A stretch of DNA of 64,000 nucleotides, from contig JBAZUB010000003.1 in the NCBI GenBank assembly GCA_041661625.1, positions 69,004-133,003 of the forward strand, written 5' to 3'. Source of the stretch: Patescibacteria group bacterium (GTDB taxonomy: Bacteria; Patescibacteriota; Patescibacteriia; JAHIZJ01). The translations under genes and the position numbers were made by a program. Every line of letters begins with the position of its first letter. Within the stretch, counting starts at the first letter, position 1. Below, piece after piece: positions 10,322 to 19,040 of this stretch. The notes below the pieces were generated by a model. It made no database searches and was not told where the DNA came from. It saw only the letters and a list, made by a program, of their open reading frames with translations.

Positions 10322-11080
10322 TTACCCGCGCCACTGTTGGCAATGAGCGAAGTACTCACACTCGGAGCAGCGATACGAAGGATTCGGGAAGCAGCAACCG
10401 GACTGGATAGCCAGAGCCACGCTTTCGATCAGCCGGGCGGTCCAGGCAAGGTCCTCAATTGTGCGGGTGGCAGGCAGGTGCACCAAGCGCGGGACCTTGG
10501 TCTTCAGAAGCGCGTCAATGCGGAGAGGTGGAACCGTTCCGGTTGCGAGGAAACGAACGAGCGCGTAGGTGGAAAGCTGGAGGTGTCGTTCGAGCGAACC
10601 CGTGTCGAAGGTCCGGGCGGCAGTCTTGAGTTCCACGAGCGTGCCGTCCGCCTCGACCAGATCAATCACCCCGCGCAGTCGGATGTCGAACACTTCACCG
10701 GTTTCGGGATCCACGAGGTCGATCTCGAAGCGGTCCTCGGTCAGGAGCGGCATTGTGCCGGATGAATCCGCGACATACAGAGCAACGAGTTCGTGACCCT
10801 TCTCCGCGAGGATCTCCTTGGATTCCTTCTCGGCGAACACCACGGGCTCGAGGTTCTGTGCGAACCAGTCGGCATCGAAGATCTTCGCGACCGCCTCCGG
10901 TTCCGGCGTGCGTCCGGCCAGCCGTTCGCGGTGGAACCACTCTACGGCAGCATGGACGGAAGAGCCGAACACCAGCGCGGCAGGCCGCCAGGGCGGCGGG
11001 ATCTTGTCGATGTACTGGAAACGGTGCTTGAGTGGACAGGTGAGGTAGGTCTGAACCCGGCTAACGCTGAGGGGCTCCAT
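10322..11080 (-). CDS. PD-(D/E)XK nuclease, RecB/Cas4-like with Fe-S cysteines
   Basis: LSVSRV..YLTCP, GSSVH, RGVIDLVE..LVELKT, QLSTYA, CSECEYFAHC. Confidence 0.85.
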   Translation of the reverse strand: MEPLSVSRVQTYLTCPLKHRFQYIDKIPPPWRPAALVFGSSVHAAVEWFHRERLAGRTPEPEAVAKIFDADWFAQNLEPVVFAEKESKEILAEKGHELVALYVADSSGTMPLLTEDRFEIDLVDPETGEVFDIRLRGVIDLVEADGTLVELKTAARTFDTGSLERHLQLSTYALVRFLATGTVPPLRIDALLKTKVPRLVHLPATRTIEDLAWTARLIESVALAIQSGCCFPNPSYRCSECEYFAHCQQWRG

Positions 11081-11744
11081 CGGGGGCCTCCTGCAGGAGC
11101 TGGTCGATCGCCTCCGTTGCCCTGGCTTTGCTGACCTGGGTAAGCGTCTCGACCCCGAAGAACTCCTTCAGGTACTCGTGGGCGGCGTCATTCTGAAGCC
11201 CTTGGCCGGCGAGAATCCGGAAGAGATACCGACGCTGAGCTTCGGTCATGAGCGCTCCGTTGCCATTGCCGTTGCCGCCGGGCTGCGGTGTTCGGGGAGA
11301 GGTCCGACCGTTGCCGCGGGCGGCGCGAACCGGCGCGGGTGCAGCACCCGATCCGAGGTCCGATTCACCTGGCGGGAAGCCATCGCCGTCCAGCTCCTCG
11401 AAGGAGACGATGCCGATATTTACGGCATCACGGAGGGCGCGAGCCTTCGCCCGGGTCTCGGCCATGCGGATCAGGTGTGGGACGATGAACGAGTTGACGT
11501 TCTCGGGATTGGCGTCGCCGATCCCGTCGAACTTCCCCTTCTTCGTCTCGACGAGCGCCTTGGCGATCGCCGTCCGGCCGTTCTCGTCCGAGGGGATCTG
11601 AACGAGCCGGGTAGCGATGCGCTGCAAGCCTTCGTCGTGGGCCTTGCTGAGGAGGCCCTGGTAGGTGACCACCTCCTTCGTGCCGACGACGCGGCCGGTC
11701 CGGTCCTTGATCTCGATCGTGCGGATGAGGCCGTTCTGGGTCAT
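11061..11744 (-). CDS. Putative single-strand annealing protein (Rad52/Sak-like)
   Basis: FDGIGDA...RMAETRAKARALRDAVNIG core, low-complexity linker and short C-terminal domain; adjacent to an exonuclease; family assignment is inference. Confidence 0.55.
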   Translation of the reverse strand: MTQNGLIRTIEIKDRTGRVVGTKEVVTYQGLLSKAHDEGLQRIATRLVQIPSDENGRTAIAKALVETKKGKFDGIGDANPENVNSFIVPHLIRMAETRAKARALRDAVNIGIVSFEELDGDGFPPGESDLGSGAAPAPVRAARGNGRTSPRTPQPGGNGNGNGALMTEAQRRYLFRILAGQGLQNDAAHEYLKEFFGVETLTQVSKARATEAIDQLLQEAPDGAPQR

Positions 11745-11950
11745 GGGGACACCTCCTGTTCCGTGGGGGGATTTGGAAAGGGCGGGCAAGACGGAGAGCG
11801 AGTCTCCACCCTTCACGGTACGGGAGGTGGGCCTTGGGACGTAGGGAGGGCGATGCGTCGTTGAGCGCACATCCTGTGGAAAACCCACCGTCGTAAGGCC
11901 TTCACAGAACCGAATGATTATGGTAAGGTTGCTTACCTTGATATTGATCT

Positions 11951-12172
11951 ATGCAGACGATGACAAACGTACCCCAAAACACGTACGCCAACCCGACCGA
12001 CGGCAATACGTACTACCTTGCTTCGCTTGAGGACGGGAACAGCAAGGTTCTTTGGGCGTGTCCGACAAACCGCGACGGCTCGGCTGATTTCGTTTCAGCC
12101 ATCCCGGAAACCGACTTCGCCGAACCGCTCACACCCGATGATCGGGAGCGGATCGTGCGCGCTCTCACATAG
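11951..12172 (+). CDS. Small hypothetical protein
   Basis: 73-aa ORF in an otherwise free interval, preceded by AT-richer sequence. Confidence 0.45.
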   Translation: MQTMTNVPQNTYANPTDGNTYYLASLEDGNSKVLWACPTNRDGSADFVSAIPETDFAEPLTPDDRERIVRALT

Positions 12173-12207
12173 GAAAGCGCAAGGGAATCGTGAAGACGTG
12201 ATGCGCT

Positions 12208-12732
12208 TCACGAGTTTTGTCGTCTGGATAATTGGACGGCTACCGCAACTGCGAGTGCGTCAAACATATGAAGCCAGTACCTATCCTTGGGCTTGTAGCC
12301 GAGGACGGGATGCGGTGGCTCCTTCGGGAGCTTGATCCGAAGGTCCTCAAAGCCCATGCGGACGATGGCGTGTGCGACGTCGAACTTTTTCGCGTGGCGA
12401 TCACCGACCACGACTCGCCGCACGTCGGGCGGCGCTATCTCCAACACCCGGATGCCGAGTTCGCGAGATCGTGCCTGAAGTTCCTGGACGATCACCGAAA
12501 CGAGAGCGGCGCGTTTCGTAGGGACAAGCAGGGGCTTTTCGATTGCGACGACCGAGGGAGCGTGCTCGGCGACATACGACAGAATCACCCGACGAGCCTG
12601 GCCGATCACGTCGTGCGGCCGTTCTCCGTTGTGGAGGGTGTGGACGCCGAAGCCAAGAAGGGTCGAGCCCGTGATGACCACCGCTCCCATGTATTTCGTT
12701 CCAGGATCGATGCCGAGGATTTTTTCTTCCAT
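12208..12732 (-). CDS. RuvC-like Holliday junction resolvase family protein (copy 2)
   Basis: ILGIDPGT, VVAIEKP, AKKFDV, HMFDALAVA. Confidence 0.85.
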   Translation of the reverse strand: MEEKILGIDPGTKYMGAVVITGSTLLGFGVHTLHNGERPHDVIGQARRVILSYVAEHAPSVVAIEKPLLVPTKRAALVSVIVQELQARSRELGIRVLEIAPPDVRRVVVGDRHAKKFDVAHAIVRMGFEDLRIKLPKEPPHPVLGYKPKDRYWLHMFDALAVAVAVQLSRRQNS

Positions 12733-12904
12733 TGTTAATTGGCCGTTTAGATGGTGAGTACGAACGGGTTCCCTCCCGAGAGACCGCGACGGTGTGGACC
12801 CGGCTTGCGCGGGTGACCACGATGTCCGCGGCGGCGGTCCGCAAGACGGAAACCGCCTGGCTTTCCAGCCGAAGAATCGGCTCCGGGAGGGCTGTATGAG
12901 TGGT

Positions 12905-13405
12905 TCAGGCGGCCGTGGCCTGATGGTGAAGAGCGAGGGCGACGGCGTCGAACATGTTCTGGAAGTACGCTTCCTTCCAGCGGCGGTCTTGCGTGAGATA
13001 GACCCGCAGGGCGGGCAGGCGTCCGGCGACAGCCTCGGCCGTCTGGCGTTTGTTCGCCCAGCCGTGGCCGACGAGGCCCTTGCGGACGGTCTGGGGCGCG
13101 TATGTCGCGACCGTCAGCCCTTTCAGGGCAGCCATGCGGCGAACCCGACGGGCCAGACGGTCCAGCCGATCCAAGGAGTTCACGCGGTTCGGGTGGGTGG
13201 CTTCAAGGACGACGATCGAGGGTCTGAACTGACCGATCCAGTCGCCGATGGCCTTCACGGCGGCGGGGAGGCGCTGCTTCGATGGCAGCAACCGGAGCGG
13301 GAGGACTCCCGACTCGATCAGGGATCCTCCTCGGAGAATGGCGTACCCGAGGTCCCGGAGGCCGGGATCAAGGGCGAGGATCGTCTTCGCTGTGGCTTTG
13401 GGCAT
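12905..13405 (-). CDS. RuvC-like Holliday junction resolvase family protein (copy 1)
   Basis: ILALDPGL, VVLEAT, GHGWANK, NMFDAVALA; start taken at ATG 13405. Confidence 0.85.
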   Translation of the reverse strand: MPKATAKTILALDPGLRDLGYAILRGGSLIESGVLPLRLLPSKQRLPAAVKAIGDWIGQFRPSIVVLEATHPNRVNSLDRLDRLARRVRRMAALKGLTVATYAPQTVRKGLVGHGWANKRQTAEAVAGRLPALRVYLTQDRRWKEAYFQNMFDAVALALHHQATAA

Positions 13406-13922
13406 GGCGTTTGAGTAGATAAAGAAATAAAGCTGTGCGTGAGCGGCGGATCTCGGCCGCCGGAACGGCGAGGGTGCCGGCGAGCGCGCGTTTGATGATC
13501 GCGTCGTCGTGGAGCTCAAGCGCCGATTCGAGCGCTCCACGGTCCCCGTTCTCCCCAAGTGCTCGCTCCAGCTTCCCGATGGTGAAGAACCGTTTGATTT
13601 CCGGCGGCGATTCAGCCTGCGCCGGCAGCTGGGGAAGGTGCCGGACAGTCACGCGAACGGTTTGTCCGGAACGCTGGAGCCTCACATAGCGACGCGTTCG
13701 GAGATGGCCAAGCCAGCTTCGGACGGTTCCGTCGGGGAGCCCCATGGCGGAGGCGATCTCCGCCGTGTCCAGCTCCAGCGTGTTCTGGCCGGCGGGCAGT
13801 CGGACCAGAAGTCCGAGGTAGAGCCAGACGGCCGACCGCATCCGGCGGATGTGGAGCGCCTGCGGGTGCTCCAAGAGTCCTCGGTCGAGTCGGATTATAA
13901 TGGGCATCGGGTTTCGGGTCAT
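13368..13922 (-). CDS. Winged-HTH, replication-initiator-like protein
   Basis: AVWLYLGLL..EIASAMGLPDGTVRSWLGHL HTH; C-terminal IRRSRTALFLYL. Confidence 0.6.
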   Translation of the reverse strand: MTRNPMPIIIRLDRGLLEHPQALHIRRMRSAVWLYLGLLVRLPAGQNTLELDTAEIASAMGLPDGTVRSWLGHLRTRRYVRLQRSGQTVRVTVRHLPQLPAQAESPPEIKRFFTIGKLERALGENGDRGALESALELHDDAIIKRALAGTLAVPAAEIRRSRTALFLYLLKRHAQSHSEDDPRP

Positions 13923-14536
13923 AGGTGGCTGTCGATCTTCGTGATGAGGTAGCGGAAGAGAGCGAGCTTGGATTTCCTGATCTTCTCGAGCGGCGTGTTG
14001 CGTACCCGGTCGAGAGCGCGGGTAACATGATCGGGCGAGTGACGAGCGAGGATTGCTGGCAGCTCCGTTTCGACCTCGGGTCCGACAACCTCCCGGGCCA
14101 GCCGCGCCAGCGCCCCTTCCCCCGCACCCCCATCCCCGATAGCTATAGCCTGCTTGCCTGATAATTGCTTAGAACAGCTATTGCTATAGCTATCTTCAAT
14201 ATGTGATCCGGGAAAAGCTTCGGAATTGCTCTGATTCTCGCGCTCCGACGCCACTTCGCCAGACCACGAAACGAGGTGCGCGACAAGGTACGGCAATGGC
14301 GACTGCACGCGCACGAGTCCGGCATCAACGAGGCGAGATAGCCACCGATCGATCCGGTCTTCCTCCACACTTAGCTCCCGGGAAAGGCGGGCGCGGGTAC
14401 GAATCACCACTCCGTGTGATCCCGCGTGACGGATGAGAGCGAGGTAGAGAAACGCGCTGTTGCCGATCCGGTCAACGGGACGAGAAAAGTCGAGCACGGC
14501 GTCGAGAGCGCGGGTGGGAATACGTCGCTCGGTCAT
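13919..14536 (-). CDS. Winged-HTH, replication-initiator-like protein (paralog of the neighbour)
   Basis: AFLYLALI..LSRELSVEEDRIDRWLSRL HTH; C-terminal IRKSKLALFRYL. Confidence 0.6.
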   Translation of the reverse strand: MTERRIPTRALDAVLDFSRPVDRIGNSAFLYLALIRHAGSHGVVIRTRARLSRELSVEEDRIDRWLSRLVDAGLVRVQSPLPYLVAHLVSWSGEVASERENQSNSEAFPGSHIEDSYSNSCSKQLSGKQAIAIGDGGAGEGALARLAREVVGPEVETELPAILARHSPDHVTRALDRVRNTPLEKIRKSKLALFRYLITKIDSHL

Positions 14537-14808
14537 CCTTCTTCGTGCTTAGATTTATCCTCACGCTTAGGGAAGTAAAGGGCAGCGTAAAGCGACTCCG
14601 CCAACGTCCCGAGGGATCGGGCCAGGCGGAACACGTTCGGCAGGCTCGGCAGGGAGCAGCCCCGCTCCCAGGCCGACACGATTGGCCGGCTCCTACCGAT
14701 AAGCTTTCCCAACATGGTCTGGGTGAGGCCAGCCCGAAGCCGGTATTCGCGGATGCGGTTCGGAAACCGGGCTGTGACTCTTGATCGGCGAAGGGTGAAT
14801 TGAAACAT
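14533..14808 (-). CDS. XRE-family HTH transcriptional regulator
   Basis: NRIREYRLRAGLTQTMLGKLIGRSRPIVSAWERG..PSL; start uncertain. Confidence 0.8.
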   Translation of the reverse strand: MFQFTLRRSRVTARFPNRIREYRLRAGLTQTMLGKLIGRSRPIVSAWERGCSLPSLPNVFRLARSLGTLAESLYAALYFPKREDKSKHEEG

Positions 14809-14965
14809 GTACCAAGAATACAGACACGAACAGAAACCGAACAGAGGGGGTGAGGTGCATAACTGTTCGCCTCCTGTGGACAGCGGGCAGATATCCACAA
14901 AACAAGCCGCTTTCTGGACCTCTCGCACTCTACGACCGTTCCCGGAAGTGTGAGACGATTCGGGC

Positions 14966-15166
14966 ATGAATACCCCAAACGAGCCGTCCGACCATGATGC
15001 CGGGACCATACTCCCCCAGAAAGCAATCGACGACCTCAAGGCGATCTACCGCCGGAAATGCGGGTCGGATCTCTCCGACCATGACGCCAGGGAGATGAGC
15101 AACCGCCTCCTTCGTGTTTTCGCCGTGCTGACGCGCGAACCGACGGACCGGCGAGACCGAGTTTGA
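14966..15166 (+). CDS. Small protein upstream of the recombinase
   Basis: 66 aa, LPQKAIDDLKAIYRRKCGSDLSDHDAREMSNRLL; same strand and directly upstream of the recombinase. Confidence 0.6.
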   Translation: MNTPNEPSDHDAGTILPQKAIDDLKAIYRRKCGSDLSDHDAREMSNRLLRVFAVLTREPTDRRDRV

Positions 15167-15186
15167 ACCGCGTCCACCCGCCTATC

Positions 15187-15216
15187 TTGACGGGATCCGG
15201 GAGTTAATTCTACACT
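15187..15216 (+). promoter_or_regulatory. Sigma70-like promoter of the recombinase
   Basis: TTGACG-N18-TACACT about 30 bp upstream of the start. Confidence 0.5.
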
Positions 15217-15245
15217 TCAACACTAAACATCTGACACCTAAGTCA

Positions 15246-16760
15246 TTGCCTTCCTATATCCTCTATGCGCGCAAGTCCTCCGAATCGGAGGATCGTCAAG
15301 TTCTCTCCATCGATTCGCAAGTCCGCGAATTGGAGGCCTTCGCGCAATCCCAGAACTTCACGGTTGCCTCGGTCCTGGCTGAGTCCCGCTCGGCCAAGGC
15401 CCCCGGCCGGCCGATCTTCGCGAAGATGCTCCGATCCGTCAGCCAGGGAAAGGCCGACGGCATCCTCTGCTGGAAGCTCGACCGCCTCGCCAGAAACCCG
15501 GTCGACGGGGCCGCCCTCATCTGGGCGGTCGACGAAGGCAAGCTCCGGGAGATTGTCACCCGGGACCGGGCCTTCCAGAACACCGGGAATGACAAGTTCT
15601 GGATGCAGCTCGAGTTCGGCATGGCCAAGAAGTACGTGGACGATCTCTCCGACAATGTCAAACGCGGCAACCGAGCCAAACTGGAGCAGGGCTGGCTCCC
15701 GGGGCTGCCCCCAATCGGGTATCTGAACGACGCGGTGACGCGGAAGATCGTTCGCGATCCGGACCGGTTCGACATTCTGCGGAAGATCTGGGACGCCGTG
15801 CTGGCCGGTGAGTCTCCCCTCGAAGTGCTTTCGACCGCCACCGACGAGTGGGGGTTACGCACGCGAAAACACCGGCGCACGGGGGGTAAGCCGCTCGGCC
15901 GGAGCAACTTCTATGTCATGCTCTCCAACCCATTCTACTATGGGCTGCTTGTTCGCAACGGTGAGTCCTATCCTGGATCGCACCCTCCCATGATCTCGCA
16001 GGACGAGTTCGACCGCGTCCAGGAGCTACTCGGCCGTCCGAATCGGGCACCGCAACGGCGGCACGAATTCGCCTTCACGGGACTGATCCGCTGCGAGGAG
16101 TGCGGCGCTTCGATCACCGCCGCGGAGACGGTGAATCGGTACGGCTACCACTACGCCTACTACCACTGCACGAAACGGAAGGCCGGCACTTCCTGCAGAC
16201 AGATGCCGATCCGCGAGGAAAAGCTGGAAACACAGATCCGCGAGGTATTGAGCCAGGTGGCCATTGACGACGACTATCGCGACTGGGCTTTGGAGAACCT
16301 TCGGATTGTCCACGAACGGGAAAGCAAGAGCCGGCAAACGGTGGACCGTTCCCTGGACGAGACTCACCGGGACGTTCAGAAGCAGATCGACGCGCTCCTC
16401 CAGGTCCGCCTCCGTGGATTGGTCACCGACGAGGAATATGCCGCCAAGAAGCACTCTCTTGTTTCCGAGAGCCTTCGATTGAAGGAACGCCTCGTCGACA
16501 CCGATGGCCGAGCCACCCGTGGGTTGAAACTTTTCGAGCAAGCGATATTGTTCGCACACCTAGCCCCGAAACGCTTCGCGGAGGGAACAACCGCGGAGAA
16601 GCGCGAGATTCTCATGGCCCTCGGTTCCAACCTCTTGCTCAAGGACAGAACTCTGCGAATCCAACTGCAAAAACCCTTCCACCTGATCGGGGAAGGGCGG
16701 CACAGTATTTCCTGGTACCGGAGGAGGGACTTGAACCCTCAATCCCTTACGGGAACGTGA
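15246..16760 (+). CDS. Large serine recombinase (integrase)
   Basis: YARKSS catalytic Ser, KLDRLARN, recombinase domain, Zn ribbon CEECG..YYHC..C, coiled coil. Confidence 0.95.
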   Translation: MPSYILYARKSSESEDRQVLSIDSQVRELEAFAQSQNFTVASVLAESRSAKAPGRPIFAKMLRSVSQGKADGILCWKLDRLARNPVDGAALIWAVDEGKLREIVTRDRAFQNTGNDKFWMQLEFGMAKKYVDDLSDNVKRGNRAKLEQGWLPGLPPIGYLNDAVTRKIVRDPDRFDILRKIWDAVLAGESPLEVLSTATDEWGLRTRKHRRTGGKPLGRSNFYVMLSNPFYYGLLVRNGESYPGSHPPMISQDEFDRVQELLGRPNRAPQRRHEFAFTGLIRCEECGASITAAETVNRYGYHYAYYHCTKRKAGTSCRQMPIREEKLETQIREVLSQVAIDDDYRDWALENLRIVHERESKSRQTVDRSLDETHRDVQKQIDALLQVRLRGLVTDEEYAAKKHSLVSESLRLKERLVDTDGRATRGLKLFEQAILFAHLAPKRFAEGTTAEKREILMALGSNLLLKDRTLRIQLQKPFHLIGEGRHSISWYRRRDLNPQSLTGT

Positions 16761-16799
16761 TTTTGAGTCACGCGCGTATGCCAATTCCGCCACTCCGGC
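16713..16799 (-). tRNA. tRNA-Leu(CAA)
   Basis: GCCGGAGTGGCGGAATTGGCATACGCG CGTGA CT CAA AA TCACG, long variable arm, GGTTCAAGTCC T-arm, encoded CCA. Confidence 0.95.
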
Positions 16800-16865
16800 A
16801 TGATTTCTTAAACTTACATTGTCAACGATTTTGCCCAGCACCACTCACTTTGTTCGGATGCTGGG

Positions 16866-17075
16866 CGCGAGTCACGCGCGTCTTCCAACTTGCCCCGTAA
16901 CGAACGAGCCTGGCGAGTTCTGTTGCGGGGTTCCCCCCGGGGCTCGTCCCGCTCAGCGGGACACGCCCGTCCCCGCCTGCCAAAGCACAGCGGCGGGCAG
17001 GTCGATGGCCGCGAGTGAAGCAGTTCACTCGCTATCCCGCACGGCGGGATGCCATCTCGACCCACTCCGGCCTCA
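16866..17075. repeat. Decayed tRNA-Leu-like fragments interspersed with GC-rich palindromes
   Basis: GAGTCACGCGCGT and CCACTCCGGC repeat parts of the adjacent tRNA; CCCGCCTGCCAAAGCACAGCG (16972-16992) recurs at 35852. Confidence 0.55.
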
Positions 17076-17127
17076 ATTGGGCAGGATGTATTATGCTCTA
17101 AAATGTGCGATAACGTGTTTGCTGGTT

Positions 17128-17157
17128 CGTAGGCGAACAAGCGCTTGTTCGCCTACG
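17128..17157. repeat. Perfect 30-bp palindrome (GTAG REP-like)
   Basis: CGTAGGCGAACAAGCGCTTGTTCGCCTACG. Confidence 0.7.
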
Positions 17158-17396
17158 GTTGTGTTTAAACGAACGACCGTGTTTCCACAAATGCAGGATG
17201 CTCTGCTATTGGCGTGTAATTCGCATTAATAATATGTAAAATAAGCCGATTTGTCAATTATTCCAGTTAATTAACCATTTAATTAAAAGGTTAATTGGCG
17301 GGTGTGGTCTATCGCTCGATAAACATTGAATAATCATCGTTTTCCTTGTATAATAATAGCAGTTGCTAAGACAATGACGCAGCTTGTGTTATACCC

Positions 17397-18176
17397 ATGG
17401 CGAGAATTATTTCCATAGTCAATCAGAAAGGCGGAGTCGGAAAAACCACCACCGCGATCAACCTGGGTGCCAGCCTGGCGGCCCAAGGTAAATACGTTTT
17501 GTTGGTCGATATTGACCCGCAAGCCAATGCCACCAGCGGTCTGGGGATCAACCATCGGGAATTGCCGCACGGCATTTACGAAACTCTGGTGTCGCCGCTA
17601 TCGATCCGAGAGGTCATCAAAGACACCAATATTTACGGGTATAGCATCGCGCCCTCGACCATGTCGCTGGCCGGCGCCACGGTCGAGCTGGTGGATTTAC
17701 CCCGCCGGGAGCATCTTTTGGCCGATAATTTGAAGGAAGTAATTCACGATTACGACTATATTCTGATAGATAATCCTCCCTCACTTGGTTTATTGACCAT
17801 CAATGGCTTGGTAGCCTCCAACGAGGTGTTAATCCCGGTGCAATGCGAGTATTACGCGCTGGAGGGCTTGAGCCAGCTGATGAACACGATTAATCTGGTG
17901 CGGGACAATTTACAGCCCGATTTGAAGATTCTGGGAGCCATCATGACGATGTATGATCCGCGGTACAAGCTGACCCAGGCGGTAATGGACGAACTCTATA
18001 AGTTTTTCCCAAATCGGATATTTCGCTCGGTGATACCGCGCAATATTAAGCTGGCCGAGGCGCCCAGCCACGGCCGTTCGATCCGGGAATACGCTCGGCA
18101 TTCTCGAGCCGACAAGGCCTATGAACGTTTGGGCCGTGAATTAATTGATACAGAAACTAATACTAAACTATCATGA
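17397..18176 (+). CDS. parA: Chromosome partitioning ATPase ParA/Soj
   Basis: NQKGGVGKTTT, DIDPQANAT, PVQCEYYALEG, LAEAPSHG. Confidence 0.95.
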   Translation: MARIISIVNQKGGVGKTTTAINLGASLAAQGKYVLLVDIDPQANATSGLGINHRELPHGIYETLVSPLSIREVIKDTNIYGYSIAPSTMSLAGATVELVDLPRREHLLADNLKEVIHDYDYILIDNPPSLGLLTINGLVASNEVLIPVQCEYYALEGLSQLMNTINLVRDNLQPDLKILGAIMTMYDPRYKLTQAVMDELYKFFPNRIFRSVIPRNIKLAEAPSHGRSIREYARHSRADKAYERLGRELIDTETNTKLS

Positions 18177-19030
18177 GTAATTTTCAAGGATTGGGACGGG
18201 GATTGGGTTCGTTGATTCCGGGAGCCGGAAACAACTCAGTATCGGTTAACGGCATAAAAGGCAAAGAAGTGGCCGAGATACCCCTTGAACAGATTGAGGC
18301 TAATTCCCGCCAACCGCGGGCAAAAATCGAGCGTCACGAGCTGGAGGATTTGATGAATTCCATCAAGGAACATGGTATACTTCAGCCGGTACTGGTTACC
18401 CCGACCAAATCGGGTTACCAGCTGATCGCGGGCGAACGGCGGTTCCAATCGGCTAAAATACTGGGTATGAAGACTATTCCGGCCATTGTCCGGCCGGTGG
18501 ACGAACTGGAAAAGCTGGAATTAGCCCTGATTGAGAACGTTCAGCGCCAGGACCTCAACGCCCTGGATCGGGCACGGGCGTACCAGCAGCTGGTCGACGA
18601 ATTCGGGTTGACCCAGGAGGAAGTGGCCAAAAAGATCGGTTTCAGCCGCAGTCAGATCACGAACACACTCCGGCTGCTGACCTTGCCGGCCGAAGTGCAG
18701 CAGGCGATTGCCGAGCACAAAATCACCGAAGGCCACGCCAAAGCCTTATTAGCCCTGGATTCACCGGCGGAACAGATCGCCTACTTGAAAAAGATTGTCG
18801 TCAACGAGTTATCAGTCCGGGATGTCGAGATGCAGGTGCGCCAGATTCAGTCTCGAACCAAAGCCCGCCGGCCATCGACTGACCCGGAGGTGGCTCAACA
18901 CGAACAGGCAATAGCGGATGTGCTGGGCACAAAGGTTAAAATCCGGCGCCGAGCCGGACGGGGACAGCTGACCATTGAGTTTTATTCCGATGAAGAATAC
19001 AAAGCTTTAATAGATAAACTGACTAAATAA
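18173..19030 (+). CDS. parB: ParB/Spo0J
   Basis: GLGRGL, GILQP, LIAGERR, ALIENVQRQDL, HTH. Confidence 0.95.
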   Translation: MSNFQGLGRGLGSLIPGAGNNSVSVNGIKGKEVAEIPLEQIEANSRQPRAKIERHELEDLMNSIKEHGILQPVLVTPTKSGYQLIAGERRFQSAKILGMKTIPAIVRPVDELEKLELALIENVQRQDLNALDRARAYQQLVDEFGLTQEEVAKKIGFSRSQITNTLRLLTLPAEVQQAIAEHKITEGHAKALLALDSPAEQIAYLKKIVVNELSVRDVEMQVRQIQSRTKARRPSTDPEVAQHEQAIADVLGTKVKIRRRAGRGQLTIEFYSDEEYKALIDKLTK

Positions 19031-19040
19031 TTAAGCACCT

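Larger units (their letters stand above)
1..16760. mobile_element. Integrative (ICE/IME-like) element, right part, inserted at the 3' end of tRNA-Leu(CAA); left end outside the window
   Basis: Serine recombinase abutting and overlapping the tRNA 3' end; T4CP-like ATPase, RadC, DUF932-like, RuvC-like and HTH genes; visibly GC-richer than the sequence after 17.2 kb. Confidence 0.85.

Noticed and set aside
10322-11080. Cas4 of a CRISPR system
   Set aside because: No cas1/cas2 or array nearby; context fits a mobile-element RecB-like exonuclease.
14875-14900. DnaA boxes / replication origin (TGTGGA..TCCACA)
   Set aside because: Only two imperfect boxes; equally compatible with an operator between divergent genes.
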